The notes under the pieces are model-generated. The model ran no database searches and was not told the origin of the DNA. It was given only the letters and a program-made list of their open reading frames with translations. From a virus (taxonomy: Duplodnaviria; Caudoviricetes): a stretch of DNA of 33,610 bases. The position numbers were made by a program, and so were the translations under genes. Location of the stretch: positions 1 through 33,610 of the IMG/VR virus record IMGVR_UViG_3300025103_000082; one strand, given 5' to 3'. How positions within the stretch are numbered: the stretch's first letter is position 1; each line of letters begins with the position of its first letter. This document shows, piece after piece, positions 1-8,000 of the stretch.

Positions 1-1
1 T

Positions 2-946
2 GCGTCTGGCGTTGGCTATATACAAGGAACAGATACAGAAGGAAGTGCTTATAATGCATTAGGATTTAAAACAAGTGCGAATTATGCACTTTATATAGAT
101 ACTTCAGATAATGTCGGCATCGGGACAACGAGTCCAGAGGCAAGTCTCGATGTAAACACAATCGTAACTGCTGGTGGCGGAACGACTTATGGTGTAATTA
201 TTAGAGGCTCTGAAGATTCTGGCACTCCTAATTTGGCGGAATCAGATGGTATTGGTTTAAAATTTGAAATTCCATTAGATACGGCTACAAGTAATATTGG
301 AGCTAGTATAGAAGCAATTAAAAACTCTAATTTAGATAGTAATTCTGAAACAAATTTAATTTTTAAAACTTCTCAAAATGATGAGACATTAGATGAAGCA
401 ATGCGTATCGACTCGTCAGGAAACACCACATTTGCTGGGGGTATAACGGTTGCTGGAGTTGTAAATGCGACAGGTTCAGGCGATAACATAAGTGAGGGCT
501 TATTATGGGCTAAAGGTGGAGTAAGATTAACCTCAGCTTTTGGTGAAACTCTAGATTCCTATGAAGAAGGCACATGGACTCCTGTATTAAATGAATCTGG
601 AACATTAAGCACTTCAGCCACAAATAGATATACACGAATTGGTAATGTTGTTCATTTATGGGGACACCTTTCTGATATTCAATTAGGAGTCCCGTCACCA
701 ACTTCGGATTTAGAAATTACTGGTCTGCCGTTTTCGGTTGAAGCAAATGCAACTGTTGGGACGGCAATGATGAACAATATCACCACCGCAAGTAAGATGG
801 TCAATTTATCTGTTCAGGTAAACACATCAGAAGAACTATACTTTTATCAAACTGTTTATAACGGTGCATGGGTAAAAATTAATTGGGCGGCTATTGAAGA
901 TGATGATGATATTTATTTTCATGCCACTTATAGAACAGATGCATAA
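2..946 (+). CDS. Tail fibre / receptor-binding protein, C-terminal part (5'-truncated)
   Basis: The frame of ORF 233..946 is open back to position 2 (ASGVGYIQGTD...DNVGIGTTSPEASLDV...). It contains NVGIGTTSP and EAMRIDSSGN fibre repeats and the C-terminal LDSYEEGTWTP...YTRIGNVVHL...ITGLPF domain typical of aquatic phage fibres. Confidence 0.85.
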   Translation, partial: ASGVGYIQGTDTEGSAYNALGFKTSANYALYIDTSDNVGIGTTSPEASLDVNTIVTAGGGTTYGVIIRGSEDSGTPNLAESDGIGLKFEIPLDTATSNIGASIEAIKNSNLDSNSETNLIFKTSQNDETLDEAMRIDSSGNTTFAGGITVAGVVNATGSGDNISEGLLWAKGGVRLTSAFGETLDSYEEGTWTPVLNESGTLSTSATNRYTRIGNVVHLWGHLSDIQLGVPSPTSDLEITGLPFSVEANATVGTAMMNNITTASKMVNLSVQVNTSEELYFYQTVYNGAWVKINWAAIEDDDDIYFHATYRTDA

Positions 947-957
947 AGGACAAAATT

Positions 958-1224
958 ATGGCACTTAAAAAAGAAACACGAATAGACCAAATCCAAGTAA
1001 CTGGTGGATTTAAAAAGATTGGAGTCAGGGAGTCAACAGTTATTTCCGAAGGCTCCGATGCAGATGGCTGGACAGAAGTATCTCGTTCAGCACATAGAAA
1101 AGTTTTAACTCCTGATGCAGATGTGTCAGGTGAACCAACAGAAGTTCAGGATATTGCTAATGTAGTATGGACAGATGAATTAAAATCATCTTGGTCTGAT
1201 TATGTTGCGAATCTTGACGATTAA
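958..1224 (+). CDS. Small tail-fibre-associated (assembly/chaperone-like) protein
   Basis: AAGGA RBS. Sequence MALKKE...HRKVLTPDADVSGEPTEVQDIANVVWT resembles the small proteins that usually follow YEEGTWTP-type fibre genes. Function is inferred from position. Confidence 0.6.
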   Translation: MALKKETRIDQIQVTGGFKKIGVRESTVISEGSDADGWTEVSRSAHRKVLTPDADVSGEPTEVQDIANVVWTDELKSSWSDYVANLDD

Positions 1225-1239
1225 TAAAGGAGTGTAGCT

Positions 1240-1563
1240 ATGAAAGACTATGCATTAAGAAAAAAGAATAAGAAATGGTCCGTCGCAAAGACTGTAGTAG
1301 TTGATGCTCCTGCCGTTTCTGAAGTAAAGGATAGCGATGGAGTTGTGGTGCGTGAAGCAAGAGCTGAAGTGTCCCACGAAACTATTCAACTATCAAAAAA
1401 GACCTATGATGCTGAAACTGGTAAAGCAGGTGCAGATTCAGTTCAGAATGTAACAGTAGACATGTGTGATGATAGAATTGCCATGTGTGATAAATCAATA
1501 GCAGAGTCAACATCTCAGAAAGAAGGGTGGGAACTCTTGAAGACTGATATTCAAGCTCTGTAA
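1240..1563 (+). CDS. Hypothetical phage protein
   Basis: AAAGGAG RBS, ATG start, 107 aa, co-oriented within the operon. Confidence 0.75.
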   Translation: MKDYALRKKNKKWSVAKTVVVDAPAVSEVKDSDGVVVREARAEVSHETIQLSKKTYDAETGKAGADSVQNVTVDMCDDRIAMCDKSIAESTSQKEGWELLKTDIQAL

Positions 1564-1580
1564 ACCAAAAAGGATAAATA

Positions 1581-1817
1581 ATGTCTGATAAAAAACAAAA
1601 AGAACAACAGACTGTCGTTATCAACGATGTTGAGTACAAACCCGAAGACTTCACAGAAGAACAGGCTATGCTTGTGAATCATGTGGCTGACCTAGACAGG
1701 AAGATTGGTAGTAGTATGTTCAATCTTGACCAGTTAAATGGTGGTCGTGAATTCTTTATGAAGAAGCTGGAGAAGGCACTTGAAGAAAAAGAAGCAGAAG
1801 CAGAAGTGGTCGAGTAA
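1581..1817 (+). CDS. Hypothetical acidic coiled-coil protein (possible fibre chaperone)
   Basis: AAAAGGA RBS; VVINDVEY followed by a helical coiled-coil segment; 78 aa. Confidence 0.7.
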   Translation: MSDKKQKEQQTVVINDVEYKPEDFTEEQAMLVNHVADLDRKIGSSMFNLDQLNGGREFFMKKLEKALEEKEAEAEVVE

Positions 1818-1825
1818 TACAAGTT

Positions 1826-1864
1826 ATGGCATCCCTGTGAAATATACCTTTACGGGGATTCCAT
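1826..1864 (+). other. Intergenic RNA stem-loop
   Basis: ATGG-C-ATCCCTGTGAA / TTTACGGGGAT-T-CCAT can pair, with two G-U wobbles and a 7-nt loop. No U-tract follows. Confidence 0.45.
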
Positions 1865-1876
1865 TCACGGAATATT

Positions 1877-2197
1877 ATGTCTAATGGGGAACCCAAAACT
1901 GCTAGAAGTTATAGGGGGACTGTGGTTGATGATAATGCTATTGTCTCTATTAACCTTAAATGGTTGGGTCAACTACTTGTACTTGTTGGGATGCTCGTTT
2001 ATGGTTATTGGCGTATTGAAAGTAGACTGGGAAGCCTTGAAGATGAGATGGTCACGGCTGATGTTAAGATTGGGGATTTACTGGACAAACATATGGTGGA
2101 AGAAAAGATACAACGAGACCAGCTTGAAGAGAAAGTGAGTTTCTATGAGAAAGAATTTAACATTAACCCCCTATCTTGGGGAAAGCGGAAGAAATAA
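1877..2197 (+). CDS. Single-pass membrane protein with C-terminal coiled coil (lysis-cassette candidate)
   Basis: Hydrophobic segment WLGQLLVLVGMLVYGYW followed by a heptad-rich region. Its stop overlaps the next start (TAATG). Confidence 0.7.
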   Translation: MSNGEPKTARSYRGTVVDDNAIVSINLKWLGQLLVLVGMLVYGYWRIESRLGSLEDEMVTADVKIGDLLDKHMVEEKIQRDQLEEKVSFYEKEFNINPLSWGKRKK

Positions 2198-2517
2198 TGG
2201 ATTTTATGGCGGTATATGGCGAAGCAGGGATGATTGGCGTAGTAGGAGCAATGTTTGTTTACTTAGTAGTGCAAATGTCGAACAAAGCATCTGCTCAACA
2301 GAAGACGCTAGAAGATTTAAAGATAGAGAATAAAGGGCAATCTGAGACTCTGGAAAATACGGAAGGGATGATTATTAAATTAATTAGCAGATGGAACCAG
2401 AGTGATGATAAATTAGATAGGAAATTTGATGCCTTAAATAAAGAAATAAACGATTTAGACAACCAAGTATCAGAGATAAGGGGTAGTCTAAGTAGAATAA
2501 ATGGGAAACCAAATTGA
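2197..2517 (+). CDS. N-terminal TM plus coiled-coil protein (holin/spanin-like candidate)
   Basis: Start re-assigned to ATG 2197 (TAATG overlap). TM segment AGMIGVVGAMFVYLVV, then a long coiled coil. Confidence 0.7.
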   Translation: MDFMAVYGEAGMIGVVGAMFVYLVVQMSNKASAQQKTLEDLKIENKGQSETLENTEGMIIKLISRWNQSDDKLDRKFDALNKEINDLDNQVSEIRGSLSRINGKPN

Positions 2518-2518
2518 T

Positions 2519-2665
2519 ATGGATAGTTTAAAAGTAACAAGTATAAGTACAAGTTTGGGTTTAGTATATTGGACAGATATTATATCAGGAATATTGATGT
2601 GCGTAATGTTTACAGCACAGATTTATTACCTGTACTTAAAAACAAAAAAGATAAAGGAGAGTTAA
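2519..2665 (+). CDS. 48-aa hydrophobic holin-like protein (absent from ORF track)
   Basis: Hand translation: MDSLKVTSISTSLGLVYWTDIISGILMCVMFTAQIYYLYLKTKKIKES*. It fills the gap between its neighbours exactly (1 nt each side) and has a hydrophobic core with a basic C-terminus. Confidence 0.7.
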   Translation: MDSLKVTSISTSLGLVYWTDIISGILMCVMFTAQIYYLYLKTKKIKES

Positions 2666-2666
2666 G

Positions 2667-2894
2667 ATGGACTTTAAAACAATGCTTATGGATATGGCCC
2701 AAGCACAAGCTGATAAGATGCAGGATGAAGCTATGAGCTTTATTGCGTCTGATGAGTTTGCTGACAAAATAGCTACTAAGATAAATGAAAAGATTAATAT
2801 ACCTTTCGTCTCAGAAGAGAAAGAGCAACTGCTTTTTGAGAAGGTTGTTGATGTAGTAACCGATTTAATGGAAGGAGTGTTTAGGGGGAAGTAA
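2667..2894 (+). CDS. Hypothetical phage protein
   Basis: AAAGGAG RBS, 75 aa, helical, contains INEKINIPFVSEEKE. Confidence 0.75.
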   Translation: MDFKTMLMDMAQAQADKMQDEAMSFIASDEFADKIATKINEKINIPFVSEEKEQLLFEKVVDVVTDLMEGVFRGK

Positions 2895-2895
2895 T

Positions 2896-3162
2896 TTGAA
2901 AATAGTAGATAAATTTGACATAGAGTGCACAAAGACTTTCCGTATTAAGCCAGATAGGTGCCCTTATTGTACAAGCAGAGACGTTCAAGGTGTCGAGATA
3001 TTAGGTGCGTATGATGGGGAACTAATGTGGGAATGCAGTTATTGTCATAAGTTTATACTAAAATTTACCAAAAGGACAACTGAGAAGCATTTAAAGAAAG
3101 CTCAAGAGCTTTTGATAGATGTTAGTAACTGGGAGGAACTTTGGGAGCAATTACCAAATTAG
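2896..3162 (+). CDS. Zinc-ribbon protein
   Basis: CPYC...CSYC pair. TTG start after a GGGGAAG RBS; fills the gap in the operon. Confidence 0.7.
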   Translation: MKIVDKFDIECTKTFRIKPDRCPYCTSRDVQGVEILGAYDGELMWECSYCHKFILKFTKRTTEKHLKKAQELLIDVSNWEELWEQLPN

Positions 3163-3920
3163 ATAAAGGGGTTGTTAAAAGAGGCATAATAACACCCGAC
3201 AAACATTTTCCGCTTGAAGATAAGGGAGCAATAAGATGTTTAACAAAAGCAATAGAAATAGTAAAACCAGACTTTTATGTCGATTTAGGCGATGTGGGGG
3301 AGTGGAGTAGTGTCTCAAGTTGGCAATGGAAAAAGAAGAGGCGACCGCCTTTGGAGTATCAACTTCCATTTGTGGATGAAGATATTGCCGCAGTTAATAA
3401 AGGATTGGACACAATAGATGAAGCTCTGGACAAAGTTAATTGCAATGAAAAGTATTTTTGTGAAGGCAATCACGACGATTGGCTCAATAGGTTTCAAGTC
3501 GAAAACCCCTATTGTAAAGGATACAATTTTAAACAAGCCTGTATTGACGGAAGAGGGTACAAATTCTACCCTATGGGGAAGTATCTCAAGATTGGCAAAT
3601 TATTTTATTACCACGGAAACCATTTTGCTGGTATCAATCACTCCCGCAATCATCTCCTCAGGCTTGGTTCAAATATTATGTATGGACATCATCACGATAT
3701 ACAGCAGTCTTCTGTTACCCATCTTGATGGGGTTAAGAGTGCTTGGTCAATAGGATGTTTAAAGAAACTAGATGATAATTCGAATGATTGGCTTATGAAT
3801 AGAAAACATAACTGGCAACACGCTTTTGCAGTGGTTGATTACTTTGGTAATGGCTACTTTACTGTGCATATTATACAGATAATACACGGCAAGGCTTCAC
3901 TTTGGGGGAATTTAATATAA
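3141..3920 (+). CDS. Calcineurin-like metallophosphoesterase
   Basis: All five motifs in order: PDKH (DxH), DLGD, EGNHD, YHGNH, YGHHH. GGAGG RBS before the TTG start. Confidence 0.9.
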   Translation: MGAITKLDKGVVKRGIITPDKHFPLEDKGAIRCLTKAIEIVKPDFYVDLGDVGEWSSVSSWQWKKKRRPPLEYQLPFVDEDIAAVNKGLDTIDEALDKVNCNEKYFCEGNHDDWLNRFQVENPYCKGYNFKQACIDGRGYKFYPMGKYLKIGKLFYYHGNHFAGINHSRNHLLRLGSNIMYGHHHDIQQSSVTHLDGVKSAWSIGCLKKLDDNSNDWLMNRKHNWQHAFAVVDYFGNGYFTVHIIQIIHGKASLWGNLI

Positions 3921-5056
3921 TGCCTAAAGACGTAAGAGAAGTCAAGTCCTTCAATCTTGGTGTAGTTACTGCCGCTGATGATAATGATATAAAGATAGAT
4001 GCCGCAGTATATTCTAAGGATATTGACCCGAATGCTTCAGAAGGAAAATTAAGAGGAAGATGGAAAGATTCCCTAATTGACCTTCCTGTTTACAGGGGTA
4101 AGCCTATTTATACAACCCCCGATACGACAGATGAGGTAACAAGAGAAGTCAATATTGACAATTCTTCTTCAGTTGGTATGGAGCTTTATTTTGAAGAAGA
4201 AAAGTATGAGGTAAAGGTCAATCTTATCGGTTCTCCTCCTACATCTCAGGTAACAGTAAAACTGAAAATGAAAGCGTTTAGTAGGGATTCTGGATATATT
4301 AAAATATCTCACGATGGTACTAATTATAATAATTCAGGAGAATTTGATACCTTAGTATTTTCAACAAGTAATTATGCAACATCCCAATCGTTATATCTTG
4401 TTTGTCAATCTGCGTCAATTATTGATAGAACTGTACCAATAATGGTTTCAGCTCAATCTACTGATTCGCTTTGGAATAGTTCAAATCTTAACTATACTAT
4501 GAATTACCTTTATAAAGCAACTGTAGAATCTCAGCCCGGAATAATTATAAAAAGAAGCACCTATAAAAATCACGGAGTTACAGAAGGACTTCAAGGAGAA
4601 TATAGGATTGATTTGAAATTATCATATCCTCCCGGATTAGATTTAGACACCTCAAGTGTGGATATAATATTCACTTCTAATGACCCAGATAGGTTGTATG
4701 TTCATTGGACAGGAGGGAACGCAACAAAATTAAATACAAAAACTTTTTCTTTTACTAATCTGAACTGGTCTACTTATCAAACTTTATATCCATTTGTTTT
4801 GGATGATGGTATAAAACAAGGGAATTTACAATTCTCAATGGAAGTAACTGGCGTAGATAATGGTTCATTACTATACGACTTTCTTAATGGAGGAATAGAG
4901 GGAAACATTAGGTTTGATGATGGTACTTTTCTTGATAATGATTTTCATTCTCCAGTAAATCCTTGGAATATAGGAGCATTAGAAGCAAGTATTGCAGGAG
5001 GTGGTGATGGTACAGGTAACGAAGATGGTGAAAAGGGATGGAAGGATGGCCCATAG
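3920..5056 (+). CDS. Virion tail protein: nozzle/stabilisation-like N-terminus plus two Ig/Calx-beta-like repeats
   Basis: ATG 3920 in a TAATG overlap. N-terminus MPKDVREVKSFNLGVV...DIDPNASEGKLRG resembles the start of podophage nozzle/stabilisation proteins. Repeats TLVFSTSNYATSQSL and TFSFTNLNWSTYQTL..DDG. Ends in TAG, in frame with the next ORF. Confidence 0.6.
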   Translation: MPKDVREVKSFNLGVVTAADDNDIKIDAAVYSKDIDPNASEGKLRGRWKDSLIDLPVYRGKPIYTTPDTTDEVTREVNIDNSSSVGMELYFEEEKYEVKVNLIGSPPTSQVTVKLKMKAFSRDSGYIKISHDGTNYNNSGEFDTLVFSTSNYATSQSLYLVCQSASIIDRTVPIMVSAQSTDSLWNSSNLNYTMNYLYKATVESQPGIIIKRSTYKNHGVTEGLQGEYRIDLKLSYPPGLDLDTSSVDIIFTSNDPDRLYVHWTGGNATKLNTKTFSFTNLNWSTYQTLYPFVLDDGIKQGNLQFSMEVTGVDNGSLLYDFLNGGIEGNIRFDDGTFLDNDFHSPVNPWNIGALEASIAGGGDGTGNEDGEKGWKDGP

Positions 5057-5059
5057 ATT

Positions 5060-8000
5060 ATGGCATTAGCAAACCCACCAGTCCCAGATAATATTAATAC
5101 CCTTGTTCCAAAGTCAGGAGCATTTGACGGTGCTTTTGGTATTAATGGAAGATTTACAGGCACTGAAGACACGGATTTTAAATTACAGATTTTTTCTTTA
5201 ACAACTGGGACAGTTTTAAATCTATCTGGTCATACAGGAAGTCATGCTGGTTGTACTGTTGGAACTTATTCCAATATTCAACCTATTAATGTCGTTTCTT
5301 CTGGAACTGGTTTAAAGATAACAGCTGTAATAGAAGCTGGTAGTCCACTAAAACTTACCCTTACTGTATCGGAAGTTGGAAGCGGTTATGCTTTTGGTGA
5401 TACAGTTAAGATTGTTGGTACTAGTATAGGAGGAGCCACAACAGCTAATGACCTTACTATAACGATAGGAGAAGTTGTATCACAAAATTTAAAATATAGA
5501 TATAAACTGATTAATTCGACTTCGAATCAGGGTTGGCTTCCAGAAGCTGGACAGACGGCAATAGGTGGAATTGGTATGGGAGATGAGATAGCTTTAGGAA
5601 TAAGGATTAATTGGGGGGATATAAGTATTTTTAATGTAGGTGATGAAATAAGTTTTAAATTTACTGTAAATGCTACAAGAGCCTCAGAAATGCACATTTT
5701 AAGCACAAAAGATGGTGCTCATTTGCTTAAATATGATAATGGTTATTTAAAAGTTTCTCATAACATAGATTCTTATGAGCCAATAACTACAGATATAGAT
5801 AGGACTAGACAGGTAGAAAATAAAGGTATTATTGGTCGATTGTCTGAAGAAGAATATGGGGCTGTATTTTCTACTATTAATAGTAAAAGTGTTACTATAG
5901 GACTTGGGCCAGATAAAGTTAATAAGCCTAAATGGGCTGGTATTCCAGAGCACAAGCAATTTGATAAAGAGCTAACCCTTGATAAAGTTGTAATAGCTGA
6001 TGCTGAATTATCTTTGTCAAGTGAGATACCTCAATTTGATGATATGGTAAGAATAGATACGGCTAACTGGTATGACGATGCTGGTACTCCTAATAAAGGG
6101 GGAGTTGGTGGTCTTTGGACTAAACCATATTATGCCGCTTTTCAAGCTGGGAATCCTACTATATTTTTATTTAGAGTGAAAGATGAAACTGATTTTCTAC
6201 ACAAAGAATATTATAAATACCCCTCTGGGATTACTAGTATACTTAATCCTATTGCCATAGCAACTGATGGTGCACACCTTTTTGTTCTTGATGACAATTC
6301 TAATGGTATAATTCACTGTTTTAAGTTTACTGGTGGTATTGATGTTTCAGACACAGACTCTCCTAAAATAATTGATTTTAATAAATATAATGATACTTGG
6401 CCTATGGTTCTACCAGATACTCCAAGAGGAATATGTTCTAGGCATAATACTCCTGATGAAAAAGGCGGTGGTGCTTGGTTTAGCGATATTAAAGTTACTC
6501 CAGCAGATTGTAGATTTAATGATTCTAGTGGTGGTTTTGGTAGAATATGGCTTCAGGCATCTTGGTCTTTTGACAAAGATAGAGATTATGCAAAATATGA
6601 GGTAGAAGGTTATGAACCAGATACTGTTCCAGTAGAGGATATGTGGTATCCTGCAATATGTGGTGAAACAGATGAAAATGAATGGCTATGGTCAATAACC
6701 TTAACTAATCCCGCACACCCTACTGGTATGGAAGCAGAAACTGGGGCAGATGGAAGACTATTTCTTGTTAATAGAAGTCCATCTATGACAAAATTTTATA
6801 AAGTTACTTGGATGAACAAGCCCTCCCCTCATTATTATAATCATCAGTTAATAATAAGAGGTGATTATGACCTAACAGATGGAGATGACCCAGAGGGAGA
6901 TGAAACAGATGCTTTAATTCTTAATTTTTCAACTCCAGCTCTTATAGCTGGTGGTACTGGTGGTTTTGCTCTTACTGACTTTGCACAACCTATTGGTTCA
7001 TTGGAAGCTGGTATTATGTCTACTTTCAAGTATGGCCTTGTTGATATGGATGAAGCAACAAAAATAGGGGTATGTCTTGTTTGGGCTTCTAGTGATGAGA
7101 TAAAATCCAATATTAGTGAACCCCGAACATTTGCAGGAGCTCATAGAGATGCTTCTTCCAAATTATATGCTGAAATTGGCACTAGTTCTGCATATTATGT
7201 CCAAGATTTCTTGAATCAAGGTAACTTATTTCCCAGAGAAGATGGCAGTGGTAATGAACTACTTCAGCCGAAAATAGAAACTTGTGCTATACCAGCTGGA
7301 CAATGTGTCACCTTGAATTTAATTGACGGTACAGCTGAAGGATGGAGTAAAAAACCATTAATTATTCCCTTAGCCGAAGATTGTGTGGTTGGTGGCTACA
7401 ATCAATCTGAAATACCGGCAGATAATTATAATCAAGATTCAGATTGGGGTACAGCTGTTAATCAGTTTGAACGTAGGTCTCTTATTCAAGAGAATGGAAA
7501 AGTATCAGATTTTTCTAGAGCATTATACAACTCTAATACAAAGAAATTATTTACATTTGCTTCAGATGGAGAAATAAAACTTTATGATTTAGCCGCTCTT
7601 CACGCCGCTAAATCTCTAGAAGAAGATGATTATGATGATAGTTGGGATAAAGATGAATTTTTAAGGAAAAATCCTTTTCATTCTAAGAATGATTATTTAT
7701 ATAACCCCGGTAGTGGGGTAGTAGGAGCCTTTTCAAATCAAATGCCGGGTGCGAATCACGAAAATCCAGCTAATAAAACTGGTTTTGTTCAACATCATAG
7801 AGCAAACAGGATGCACTTGGCTGAACAAGAAAAGAGGCTTTGCTATCGAGATAGAGGTATATATGGTTATGGTACAGATAGATTTACTGAAGAGGGGTTT
7901 GGTGATTGGAACAAGAATGAATGGAACGATGTATATGGCGGTGTTAATTCGGCTACCGAAGGTGAAATAAGAATATTTTTATTACCCTTTGAATTACCCT

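Noticed and set aside
233-946. TTG 233 as the start of the first gene (likewise TTG 33569 for the last gene)
   Set aside because: Both frames remain open to the window edges, so both genes are truncated.
1884-2138. Embedded +1-frame ORF with LLGC, a possible o-spanin lipoprotein
   Set aside because: No basic n-region at a suitable distance, the sequence after Cys is hydrophobic rather than Pro-rich, no RBS, and L/M/I-rich +1 shadows occur throughout this genome.
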